From Klebsormidium nitens (lineage: Eukaryota; Plantae; Klebsormidiophyceae), in NCBI GenBank assembly GCA_000708835.1, contig DF237653.1, forward strand, positions 1 through 42,003: a stretch of DNA of 42,003 nucleotides. The letters are read 5' to 3'. A program made the position numbers and the translations under genes. Shown here in pieces: positions 25,001 through 36,300 of the stretch. Under the pieces are notes generated by a model. It was not told the DNA's origin and did no database searches. It saw nothing but the letters and a program-made list of their open reading frames with translations. Each line of letters opens with the position of its first letter. Positions within the stretch are counted from its first letter, which is position 1.

Positions 25001-27601
25001 AAAGACTACGCCTAACCTGCGCGGGCGCTTGTGGTTAACCAACCCCCTCACCTGATCCCTCGGCGCCACGTCAAGCTCCTCGAGCCGCCCCTCCTTGCGG
25101 GCCCGCTCGACGTCCTCCGCCCACTGCGCTTGCCGCGCCTTCCGCAGCGCGGCCATGTCAAACGCATACACCTGGCGGATTAAATTGAAGCTGTTTTTAA
25201 AGTTCAGGACGCTGGAGCTTCTGACCCCACGTCCACACCACTGATAGTTCCAAGTGCAATAAGATCCGCCCACGCCGTGATTGTTGGCACGTACAGCTCT
25301 TTGGTTGGATTGGTGGCTCGTCTGAAGAAAGATTTCACACTCATCTGCGACGAGTGCAGGATAGATCAGGCGGACCAAAGGATCGAGAGATGGTACGGGA
25401 CGACTGAGAATCGCAGCGCTGCCATCCAGATTGAAATTAAAAAAGGGACGCTCTAGATGTCTCATTTGTGCTGGCTTCTCAAAGCTTGTGTAAACCAAAG
25501 GGGAAGAAGTTGGCCCGCCAAAGCTTGCGACCCCCAGGCTAAGACTGAATCCTTATCATATCGAGACGATTGAGAACGGTAGCATTGCAAGGTCGAGCAT
25601 CGCCATCTGCGATCCGCCCAAGAAACTCATTCACTTTAAAGAGACCCACCTCTTCGATGAAATCGTCCAGGTGCTGATCGATCCCCTCCATGTCATTGAT
25701 CGCCTCGATGAACCGCTCGATCGCCGCCCCCCACGGCGCCTCGTAATCGCAGTGCACGTACGCATTGTACTTGTCTAATAGCTCAACCATAAAATCCATC
25801 AGTTCCTCCGTCATGCCCCGCTCCCTATTCTCTCCTGTCCCCCAGTACAACAGAATCTTTTCGACTGCCGCTCGCAGTTGCTTATCCTTTTCTGCCCGCT
25901 CGCGTGTCGCCTCTGGAACCGGCCAATCCTGCGTTTCGTCGACCCACTTCTTCGAGTCCACCACGTCTCTTGGGTCGGAAAACTCTCTTGCGGGGGCAGA
26001 GTCCTCCGCGGGGGGGGAGTTCTTGGCTGCAGATCCCCCCCCCGGGACCCCCTACCCCGCCCCCGAGACAACTCTTCCTCCACTTGGAACAAAGACGGCG
26101 TTTTCTTTTGTTTGCTCTTTGTTGACGCCGTCCGCACGTTTGCAAGACCGTTCCGATAGCCAGACGACTTTTTCTTCTCGGGACGGGGGCCGGGGCGCCT
26201 GCCGAACGCCCCCCCCTCAATGCTCTCATCCTCGTCTGAAGCCTCGTCTTCGCTTACACCCCCTCCGGCACGTATTCGCCTGCCCCTCCCCTTTTTCCTC
26301 GACTGCCCAGTTTCCCCTCTTCCAGACGTCCCAACCGACCCAGCTTCCCCGTCTTCAGGCGCTCCGGTTGGTCTTTCCCCAGGCGCTTGCTCCTCAGCCC
26401 CACCCGCATTCTCTTCCGAACCGCTCGGCTCAATTGTTTCTTCCAGTTCGTTGTGAACACCCTCGCCTCCATCATTCGTTGCATTCACTGCCCTGCCAGC
26501 TGGCGGCACGCAAGGTGGGCGCCTTTTGAAAGGCGGGCAGCCCAGATTACTTGTCCCCGGAAATGCTCTTCTTCTAGCGAGACTCTCCTGAGTAGGTCGC
26601 AAGAGCCCATAACCTCTTGCCCCCTCATAGCCTATGATTGCTTTAAACCAGCTTGGCGGCTTTTCCAGAGCGTTTGGGCTCGCACACAGTGCCTGCTTTT
26701 GAAAGGCAGCCGTGTGACTACATTCAAGTGGGGCTATCAAGCGGTTCTTGTTTGGGGCTCCAAGAAATCCACAGTGAGATGATGAGAGAGAGGGTCTGCG
26801 AAACTGACGCAGTTGGCCACACCATGCCTCATCAAAGTCGCACCTGCAAAAGAAGGACAGTTGAATCGTCAAAGCCGCTGCCTATGTCTGCCCACCATGT
26901 GGACGTAAGCTCTGACAGCTGGCAGCAGTCCAATTCGTCCTGATCACTTGGACAGAGACAATATCGTGGCGCCCTGACTGCGAATACACGACGAGCATTT
27001 TTGTTGATTTTGTTGCTTGTAATGCAGAGAATGGGCGCCCAATCAGCATTACACCACATATTGCCGGCCACCACTTCCTTCTTTGAAAACGAAAGTGGTG
27101 GCAAATGATGACCACTGTGCCACCACTTTTTCCCTACTAGACACGACGCCTGGGCGGCACATCAACTCTCTCGCAGGACACCATTACCAACACTAGGACA
27201 AAGAAAGGGTTTAGTGACACTGTCCGCCAGCAGATACTCTTAGAGCTCGCAGCTTGGATGGCCTCTAAGCTGGCAAAATGTAAAGGCGCTCAGCTCTCAA
27301 TGGCTTTTCTGATAAGAAAACAGCATTGCACTATTTGGCCCCGCCCCAGTGCCACATATGCAGCACCAGTGACTTCTTGACTTGTTGCACACTTTTCTTG
27401 ATGGGACGGGTGGTCGCGCAGATGACGCACAATCCAAGAAAGGGATGCCACATAGATTGCTGCCCAATGCAATTCATGTGCGCGCACTCACTTTCTCTGG
27501 CTGCTCTGCAGAGTTGCCGTTCCACCATCATGACAAACAGATGTATGCTGCCGCCAGCTGGCCCCAAAATGCGCTGCCGTCCCGCAGCTCGCTGACGTCA
27601 T
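7007..27601 (-). CDS. RNE: Giant RNase E/G-family endoribonuclease (probably plastid-targeted), 19 exons, about 3,180 aa
   Basis: Exons (minus): 27601-27492, 26843-25650, 25171-25052, 23925-23590, 23191-22391, 21572-21312, 20866-18796, 18204-17959, 17291-17004, 16515-16390, 15691-15217, 14664-14501, 13685-13512, 12942-12814, 12391-11989, 11393-11278, 10564-10244, 9605-7878, 7477-7007. All junctions are GT..AG and phase-compatible, given one-base corrections at two G homopolymers (about 26035-26043 and 23036-23045). Motifs: MPRVAILEDGRLAEMLLE, S1 VGDVLLAQVT...AGLFVDV, KCTKESYGSKGPKVS, 5'-sensor LLRTES, catalytic WSIDVNGG and GIVVIDFIDM, NLEAARQVAKELRARD, Zn-link CPLC. Ser/Ala/Arg-rich transit-peptide-like N-terminus. 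Family call is very secure for 10244-16515; the full-length model is less so. Confidence 0.85.
9620..9920. repeat. Intronic tandem repeat, 5 copies of about 50-65 bp
   Basis: Core TACCGACCGGGTTAGCCGGG...ATAGAtTGTTCTTCTTCTTC starting near 9620, 9671, 9734, 9795 and 9859, immediately upstream (gene sense) of the RNE exon-18 acceptor at 9605. Confidence 0.9.
11090..11133. repeat. Intronic copy of the RNE exon-16 3' end and donor
   Basis: 41/44 identical to 11273-11316 (ctcaccctgctgcg.agaatctgcat..agttgcccggctcgtt). Confidence 0.9.
13176..13420. repeat. Two intronic degenerate copies of the RNE exon-13 3' end and donor
   Basis: About 13343-13420 and 13176-13250 resemble 13500-13580 (cttgtttcgcacct...ccttcccctg.gccgccttggactcagt). 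Confidence 0.85.
15767..15962. repeat. Two intronic degenerate copies of the RNE exon-11 acceptor and 5' end
   Basis: About 15767-15847 and 15902-15962 resemble 15612-15694 (gtgacgtcgac.aacag.cccgccatcgc.cgcac...ggtcacttgcgccag...cacgtcacc.accgacacctg). Confidence 0.9.
17384..17605. repeat. Intronic copies of the RNE exon-9 acceptor and 5' end
   Basis: 17384-17445 is 61/62 identical to 17233-17294. A more degraded copy lies at about 17561-17605. Confidence 0.95.
17959..20020 (-). other. Extra degenerate RNase E S1 + 5'-sensor module inside the RNE gene, with no catalytic subdomain
   Basis: GTIFIGVIQELLPARGGALVLL resembles the S1 start. After a roughly 340-aa acidic insertion come GQYVLVQVKGPSASG...PEVSTEIEISGNHM/IFRPG and GLSVRASAEGVSDVLLRRELQELDREWQTIK, which parallel the RNase E/G consensus QVxKE..GxKG..T..ISL.GRY.VL and GxIVRTAAEG....L..DL..L...W..I. 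Confidence 0.75.
22337..22370. repeat. (GCAGAAC)n 7-bp microsatellite in RNE intron 5
   Basis: Four perfect GCAGAAC units plus a partial unit. Confidence 0.9.
24006..24445. repeat. Series of 3-4 progressively degraded copies of the RNE exon-4 acceptor and 5' end, separated by GGGTT/AACCC-rich spacers
   Basis: About 24006-24110 (roughly 90% identical to 23830-23935), 24163-24266, 24325-24360 and 24425-24445. Confidence 0.9.
24941..24960. repeat. Perfect 20-bp palindrome in RNE intron 3
   Basis: CCCGGGGTAGCTACCCCGGG is its own reverse complement. Confidence 0.9.
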
Positions 27602-28218
27602 TGCACGCACTGTCTAGCACAACCTGGCGACCGCATCCTATCAACTCCAAATATGGATTGATCAGATTGGCTGGCGACTGAACCCTGCAACCTTCACCAA
27701 AGCTGCGGCTTTGGACCCAAGCTTGAGCTGCCAGCTCCTCTGGCCTACGACATTGAATGTAGAGCAGCTGAGTGCACTATAGACTCCGAAGAGGATGGTC
27801 AGAACAAATTTTGGGGCTTTTTCCAATCAAAGGTATCCGAAGAGCTGAAAGGCTGAAGGGGGCTTTTTCCAATCAAAGGTATCCGAAGAGCTGAAAGGCT
27901 GAAGCCAACAAAGACGTCAAGAATCACGGCCGTGCAGGGCGCTTCTAACCCTGACACTCGAAACGCTTCAAGGGGCCAGTTGCTCCGGAGCAGAGATCCT
28001 GTGTCAATTTGCTCGCTTCGACCGTCCGGGACCGGCGTCCTTCCGCAAAAGGTACGGGACGTGCTTCTCCGGGTTCAAGGACATTCCGACGTTGAAGGAC
28101 ACTCCGAGTCTTACGCTCACGAAAGACGGAGGGTTGTTGTCGCAAGGGAGCCATAATGTGCCAGCTCCTTTTCAAAATGCGCGAAACGGTATCCTCTCTT
28201 TAGGGCAGCAAAGCAATA
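27602..28218. promoter_or_regulatory. Putative bidirectional promoter between RNE (minus) and the PELP1-like gene (plus)
   Basis: Only 617 bp separate the two divergent inferred ATGs. The region contains duplicated CCAAT motifs. Confidence 0.55.
27813..27904. repeat. Perfect 46-bp tandem duplication
   Basis: GGGGCTTTTTCCAATCAAAGGTATCCGAAGAGCTGAAAGGCTGAAG occurs at 27813-27858 and 27859-27904. Confidence 0.95.
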
Positions 28219-31200
28219 ATGTCGAGCGCTGCCCTCTTCCTAAACGGTGCCGGTCAGGGGGGCCCGGCCCAAGGGGGCACAGACCTGAAAGCCCTCCTTC
28301 TGAGGGGCATCCTTGCCACGCTGTTCCCTCCCCACCAAGTCGGCGCCGCCCCCGTCGACGCCGCTTCTCCTCAAATTGTGCTGCAAGCCGCGTCCACAAT
28401 TGAAGCCCACCAGCTGCTGCGAGAAACTGACAATGGGACCACCGAAACTGCCCAGAAGCAGCACCAGCGAGCAGTGGACCAATGGGTCGACCGGCTCTCG
28501 GTCAATCTGGGGGCGCCAGGTGGCGCGAGATGGGCGGCCGCGTGCCTCGCGGGTCTCACCTGCAAGGAGATTGGCGCAGAGCGGTTTCTGGCGCTGTATC
28601 AGGGACTAGCTGGGAAGCTCGTCGCAATGTGGAAGGAAGCGGAGGGAGCGGAAGTGGTGGGGGCAGTGCAAGCGGCTTTGAGCGATTTGGTGGGCAGGTT
28701 GGGACAGCTGGCGGACATGCCGGGCGTGAGGCGCGAGGGCGCCGGGGTGGTGGCTAAAATTGTGCAGCCGTTGATTGGGGTAGGAATCTTTATGGCCGCT
28801 TACTCCCAGAATGTTATATGTTCTGGGCCTCTTTGAATGTTTGAGTGTGTGGCACAGATCTATGGAATAACCTATGTGCTCACAGGGTGTGTGCCCAGTG
28901 TCACCCTCGCGCCCTCTGAGTTGGGGCGTCCCACAAACGGGACTGCTTTGGTGCACATTCTTTGGATTAGTGATCCTGGTAACGGTCTCGATGGGAGGGT
29001 GGTCGCAGTCTCTGAACCTCCCTAGTGCATTTTGTCGATGATGAGGCCACAACAAGCCGCCAACACGCATGTGGGGACTCTCAACACATACTTCTACAGG
29101 TTGATGTTCACCACACTGTTTTCCCAGGCAATTTTGCTTCTTAAAGACGGAACGAGCAAAGGTGGCAGCTGAGAGGTTGTAGACGCCAACATTAAGTAGC
29201 TTTCTGATCTTGAAACTTCACTGCAGGCATTAGGCTCGTCCCCGTCTCAAGACGCTGCCGCCGAGTCGCTCGACCTGCTCATCGTCTCCCTGCAAAGCTT
29301 CCCCTCCCCCTTCCGGCACCACTCCGAAGCCGTCGAGACAGCTGTCATCAATCTCCTGCTCAGAGGCCCTTCCGACATCACGCTACCCAACGCGCCCCCG
29401 CAAGTCACCCGCGCTGCCACAGCCCTGGCGCTCCTCCCTGTGGCGGCCGGAGACGCCGCCACCTGGAGCGCCCTGATTCACCGGCTGCTCATTGCCCTCA
29501 ACACGCTGCTTGTGCCAACGCTGTCTGGGTTGGAAAGCCCCGCCTCGTTTGAAACGGCCGCCTCGCTTCTCCTTCCCCAGGGATCCCCCCCTCCCCCCCC
29601 TCTCGGACGCTTTGACTGGTCCTTATCCAACATGCCCACCAGCCACTTATGGCCGCCCACCGTCCCGGTGATTACGTCAATCCTGACAGCGACGCGAGCA
29701 ATGCTGACGTCAGCTTATCCGGTCTCCGTCCCCATACCCGTCGCTCCAATCTTAGCCCTCGTCGCCCGCTTATTGAACGTCGTTGGCACCTTATTCGGTG
29801 CGGGCGCTTATGACGCTCTGAGCGGGGACCGGCAAGCAGCACTTCTGGCGGAGCTGCCAAACCTGCAAAAACTCGCGCTGGATTTGGCGGTTGCGCTTTT
29901 AGCAGGGGCTGGGACGCATTTACTGCCGCACGGGGAGCAATTAGCGGGTTTCGTGGGTGACGTTCTGAGGCGGACGTCAGGAGAAGTTGCTGGAATGTCA
30001 GTGCTCAGAGTCCAAGCATATAGGGCGGCGGAAGAGACGCTGGCGTGCTTGGGCGCAGGTAAGTTATAAAATGTTCCTTTGAGGTGGCTGAAGAATGCAC
30101 TTGCGTCAATGAGGTCAACGTTTGGGTGTAGGGATCGTCTTCTGAGGTTTGAGGGTTTAGTCAATCGTTTGTACGTTTCATAAAATGGGAGTTGGATTCT
30201 CGAGAGCTTAATATTTCATTTCCTCGTTTTCGGCTGAAGCGATTAAATGAACTTGCTGACCTTTCAACCTCAGAACCCATCAGTGTGGTTCTCAAGCTGG
30301 ACCCTGATTGGAACACCTCCGTTTGCAGGCGTCTCTCTCGTTCTAGCCCCGACTCTAGTTCCCCATGCCCTCTCCGACCTCCGCCATGCCCACCGGTTCC
30401 TCACTCAGCCCCGGACACCGGACGCCGGCGCGCTACATCTGTCCGATATTCTCCAGCCCCAGGGGGGTGGTTCGACTGGCGGCCGGAAGGGGGGGAAAAG
30501 AAGGAAAGGCGGTCGGGATGGCTCTACCGGGGGGCCTGTGTCCGCGGAAGTGGGAGCGGAAGAGGCGTTCGAAGTGGCGGGGGGATCCCTCCGGGCAATC
30601 GAGAAGCTGCTCGCTGTGGTGAGAACGGGCCCGGTGCTTTCTCTTAAGAGACTGAACTGGTCAATTTTCTGGCGAAGATCTCTTTAGGTCTGTAAAGGGA
30701 ACCGGTCAAACTTTGTACTTCAGCAGTGGGTATTCTCTATTCGTCATGCCCCTAATGTGGCTCGGTTAGACCCACAACGAGATCCTAATCGAGTCTAATG
30801 ATGTCTACAGAGATTCAACAGTGCAAACCAGTCTTGTTGCGGTCTAAGCTTCCCTGTTGGCAGCCTTGCTCATGTTACTTGCTCCATATATCTTTTCAGG
30901 GCGGGCCCTTGATTCCCGAGAAGTGGCGGACTGAGCTCGACGCCGCAATCTTCCACGTGGCACACCTCGCGGCAGGGGGGATCCCCCGGGCAGGGTCCGG
31001 GGCGCTCCGCCTCGCAGCGTGCAGGGCTCTGCTAGCCTCTGTGACGTCACCCGGGAGCCACCGGCCGCCGTACTTGCCGCAAGCGCTCGCGATCTTCCGA
31101 AGATGTGAGCATGATCCCGCTCAGAAGATGCCGTTCGTTTTAAGCAAAGGGAGGGATTGGACGAAGGGAACCGAAAGAGCAAGAAAGAGTTTGGAACTCT

Positions 31201-32407
31201 TGCTGTCATGTCGGCGAAGCGAGAAGGGAAAGTCATGGCCCTCCGGTTGAGCTTCTTTTGGAGAGCGTTCGGTCAGATTTATTCTAGAGAGGCCCTTGCA
31301 TATTGAAGTCCTTTTGCTCGATCAATGGCGTGTGAGACTCCTATTGTCACTCTTGAAGCCGACGTGCATACGACCGTCTCGTCTGCTGACCACACCGCTC
31401 TCCGTCCTGCAGGCCGTTCGGAAATTGGTACCCCGGTCGGCGCGTTCAGCACGCACGCACTGCTCGTCCTGGAACCCTTTCTACATCCTCGTTCCTTGCC
31501 GGTCCTCAAACTGCCTGGCGGGTCTCGTTCTGGGGGGGTCCTGCCCGCTGCCGACGCAGCCCCCCGGAACGCGTTCAGTAACGACCCGTGGCAGGAGGCG
31601 GAGGCGTGGCTGGGTTACGGTGCGGGGTTCCGGCACGGGCTGGAGCAGTGTGAATCGGCCCCAGAGGAACAGGAGACGGCCCCGGAGGAGTGTGAAAAGG
31701 CTCCCGAGGGGCGAGAACCGTCAGTGCCGCAGCGGGAGGGGGACCTTGAGACGGGGGCCGTTTCACACCACAAGCGAAGCAGGTTAGAGTCCGATGGAGC
31801 TACCCGAGACACCGGTGCTGCGGCTCTAGAGAACCGGGGGCGCGGCGAGGCGGCCATCGCAGAGCAGACCGGCCGTTCTGCTGACGTCACCATGTCGGAG
31901 GCACGGGAGCACGCTGACGTCAGTACTCCAGTGGCAGGCAAGGGTTCGGGTTCCAAGGGTTTGGACAATGGGGGCGCTGAGGCGGGGACGACGTCAGTGG
32001 ACGGGATGAAGCACGTGGCTCCGAACGAGGGCGGAGGAAAATATCTAGAGAAAGGTGGTAATGATGCTGGCATCGGTGCTTCTGGAACGAAACGGTTGCG
32101 AGAGGAAGAGGCTGTCGAAAAGGAAGTGCGTATGGGCGGGGATGCGGAACCAAGGGTTGAGCCAGGGGCGAAAGAAGCTCCAAACTACTTGAGACCGGGA
32201 GACCTGGCGGTGCTGGCCGCAAAGGAAAAGGGAAAGTTGGAAGATGAGCCCGATTCGAAAAGTAACGCAGAGCGCGAGAGTGCGGCTGAAGCTGCGCGGA
32301 ACGTTTTTGGTCTCATGCCAAGAAAAGGAGGGGACGCTGACAGCGACTCCGAAGGTCCTTTGCCGTCCATTGTGGACGGGGATCCAGACGATGATGATTT
32401 TATGTAA
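28219..32407 (+). CDS. RIX1/PELP1-like pre-60S processing factor (rixosome subunit), 5 exons
   Basis: Exons 28219-28779, 29227-30058, 30329-30618, 30900-31104, 31413-32407, all GT..AG and phase-consistent. HEAT-like helical N-terminus with family-like segments WVDRLSVNL, RWAAACLAGLTC, LALLPVAAGDAATWS, PVPVAPILALVARLL, LAACRALLAS, PPYLPQALAIFRR, HALLVLEPFLHPR, and the acidic end PLPSIVDGDPDDDDFM. Assignment is from motif recall. Confidence 0.8.
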
Positions 32408-33389
32408 TCCGTCAAAACCGCTATTACTTTCAAAACGGTTCCAACCTGAGGTTGCACCGGAAAGTCAGTGTAGTCCATGATCCTCCATCTGCGGGCTTGG
32501 TCAAAGATCATACACAAAGGTACGTGGCACCGTGTAGCACACTGGCCGGGCAGCTTCTGCTTGTGCTGGCGTGGCGATTCCCTGCGGTTCGCGTCATCTT
32601 CTGAGTGCGACTTGATCCATGGTTAAGCTGGTTAAGCTGGTCACTGCTGAAATCAGATTCAACAACCTCGCGATTTCGAAGCTCGATGATGCATGGCGCG
32701 TTCTACGGTAAGACAGTACTGTACTAATATATGGACCGCACTCCGGTGAATGACCTCATGATCGATCATTATATGCATGCATGGCATCGATGATGTACAA
32801 CATGGCTTGTGGTAGTCTTTGATAGCCGGCTGCTGCATGCACCGTCTTCGCGTGAGCACTTAACGTACCCGCCTAGGTAGGTTCGGACACAGGCCGGCAT
32901 GATCATAATCTAGCTGCGCAATTAGTGCTGCTTGGCTTATGCATGCAGAATGACACTAATTTTATAATTTAAGATTGGCACATGTACACGTTGGTACTAG
33001 ATCACCAACGTGTTCAAGTGCCGCTGTTCACTAAATGCACGCTTAATCCGATCATAGCCTGTAACGATGTCGGACGTCAAGGTTGAGCGGACGTGTGACT
33101 AAATGATGCGCCACAGTGGCCGCAGATTCGGTTCGGATCTAGAAAGTCCTGCAGAATTTGGATGTATCATCAAATATGTCCTTGTCACGGACTGTCGGAC
33201 AAAATGGCCCGACTTACGTGAAAGTGATCTAACTCGTGCATGAGTCCACCTCTTCTCCTGACAGGGGACAACTCGCGGGCCACAACTCACAGATCTGGCA
33301 AAGGTCTCTATGCCGGGAGATCAGCGTCAGATACAAACTCAGAAGGTTGCTCCATAACTCAAGACTCAGTTGGAAGTAACGCTTAGGTC

Positions 33390-36300
33390 TCAGCTGCCCT
33401 CCAGCGCTTCCTCTATCAGTCTTCTTGTTAGGGCCTTTGGCAGGCCCATGACACTATCAATGGTCCCAACCTGCATAGCATTGGGAGCGTACGTATCGAT
33501 GAGGCTCACCGTCACAAAGCACTCGTGATCTTACCGACCATCTTAAAATTAGGGATGCACGAGTACGTCCGTCCAAGTGGACTCCCGAATCAGCTTAAAA
33601 CGTTACACTCGAAAAGTCTGCAGACAGAAACTATGCGCACATCGTCAGAAATCTATCAACGCACGCGCAGAATCCATCTCTACTCACAAATTCTCCGCAA
33701 TCACACCCGTGACACGTGGCAGAACACGACAATGTTTTGCATGATCATCTTCCGCTGAGGAAAGGACACGACAACTCACCACTGATTCGACGAGGGGCGA
33801 TACGAGCGGGTTTTCAATCATCAAACCACCAGCCGCATAGTAGACCGAGCCCTCCTTGATCTGAAACCGGAGAGATGCGGAGTCAGCCTATGACCATGGC
33901 ACCAAAAGTGCTCAAACAATCTTCGCCTTTTCGCGATCTTTATGATCTTGCTTCAGGGAACCTGATCCTCGTGAGATTGGTGAATTGCTTGGATTCGAGC
34001 ACTTCAACGTTTGCAAAATTCTATCGGGATGAGAAAGGTTGTCGACACTTCGATAGAAGCAGAGGCGCGCACAGCATCCGACTCTGAAGCTCCCGACAGG
34101 AAGACTATTGTCCATCCAACGGCTCCAAAACGGCCCACAATGGCCACCCTCCGGACAAACACTGGTGGGTGAAGGCGTTTCCTTAAAATGCTTCGTCGGG
34201 CAACGACTTTTTGAACCGACAGGGATGATTCTCTTGACCCTGCTTATCCAGGAAAACAACTTGCTTCTTAGTGAGGATTTCGCGAAGCCACACTTACCAG
34301 ACTTTCTACGACCTCCTGCGGTATTTTGTGGAAGTAGATCTGCAGCGACGGAAGAATGGTGTCAGATCCGTTGCTTTCATTAAAAACGAAGGTATTCATG
34401 AGATTGATTTCCGTGGAAAAGGACGCCCGGTGCAAAAGTTAAGAATCGCAGATGTAAGCCACCAGAACGTTGGCCCTTATTCACAAGGTGCTTCAGCTCT
34501 TGCGTTACAGGACTTTGCGCCAGACAATGCATGATGGAGCGTTCATGAGAGCGCAAGCTACGCACAGAAAGAGCACGCCATTTTGTACCTCAGTGGAGTC
34601 GAATCCGCCGTATCGCTTCTGCGTGCGCAAATTGGTGACGAGAACTGACCCAACCGTGCTCGCGGGCGAGCGGCCGTAGCCTGTGAGATGGTGACACGTG
34701 TTCGAGTGGGGTATCAAATAACTGGTAGATACAGGTCAAAGAAAGTAACTCTTTGAGAGGCGCAAGGGAGCGAAGAGATATATAAGTTCGTTTTGGCAGG
34801 TCAAAACCCTCAGTAACTGACGCTGTCGATCATCCGTTTGAGAACAACCAAGGCCTATCGACATTCTTTGTGTAAGACCAAGTTCCCCGTTCACAGTTGG
34901 GGTGCCTTGTCACAGCAGTTCAAAGATTCGACGGCCCAGGAATTTTGATGCAGGTGAACAGCATGGAAGGATTCAACCACAGAAAATATCCTCAAGAGTC
35001 AGCTGATAACAGATTCCAGATCCAACAACTGCCCTCGTCGACACACTGACGAGTGGGAAGTCGTTTCGGACCCCCAAAAACGAACTGTTTGATTGTCCTT
35101 TCCTGCAGCTTTTAATCAAAAGTCAAGCGCCACAAAGCTAGCTCACTCATGAAGGGTATTGATTACCCCAAAAGCGTGGAGAATTTGATTGACCCACTTT
35201 TAATCTCTGTCATACTCCGGCGCATCAAGTTCACCGCTGCGATGGTGAATCGATTCAGTGACAACTGTCGATCGACTGTACTTGTCGTACGTCGCACCAG
35301 TACCATACGCAGGACGCTCCAAAATTGGTCGACTATTCCACATCTGCTGCAACGCCAGCTTTCACAGATTTGGCAACGACTGACAACAATCTGTTTCGAC
35401 AAAGACCGAGATCCAGGAGGACAGCGCAGACGCGCATTTGTCTTTAGTAAGTCCTACGACAAGTGCAATCTGAACATTCTTTTTATCTAGACCCACAGTT
35501 GACTACAGAGCACCAGCAATCAATGAACCAGTCACCTGTCACTGCGGGTGATGAAACGCACTTAACCTTCAATGAAAAGCCTCGCCTCCTCAGCACTTTC
35601 CGGCTTTTCTCGGATTTGTCCCTCATGAACTACAACCTGCACGACAACACATCCATCGAAATGTAAGACATCGGAGGTCTGCAACTCCCGAATGCAACTT
35701 GAACGGCAGAAACAGCTAGTGCCAACTTTTGAAAAAAGTTCAAGCAACATGCGGACAACATTCATTGCAATGCCAAGGCCAAATGGGTGATCTTGATTAC
35801 AAGATATCGACATTGAGACACAATCAAAGAAAACATCAACCAAATAAAATATGAAACAGTTGACACGCTCATGAAGAACTTCCCAAAGACATCAAACAGC
35901 ACTGAAACTTCAATCTTCTCCTTATTGTCAACGACATTCAAGGGAGAGAAAGAGGGAGGTCTCTAAGGGGTAAACATGAAGGGACTTCTTCCTGACAGAG
36001 TGATATTCCAGAGTTAAACTCTCCCACCTGGTCTGCAGTAATAAGTAAAACCTGCTCATCATCAGATGGCGGGGGGACCTTCAAGCGTGCAAGGAGGGCG
36101 TCAGCCTGTAAAGAAGAGACATATTCCTCAGACTCCCAGGCCCTATCATTCAACGCAAAGCTGGTAATCAGTAATTGAGACACACCTGACTGCCACCTTG
36201 CTCTCAATTGTGTCCCCTCAGCGGGCTTCAATATCAGACATGATTGATCATGCATTTGGAACTGCCATGAACGGCACTGGAACACTCATCATTGCACACA

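Noticed and set aside
7007-27601. Splitting RNE into several independent genes
   Set aside because: All 18 junctions are phase-compatible GT-AG, and the catalytic exons have no start or targeting peptide of their own. Kept only as the refuting alternative.
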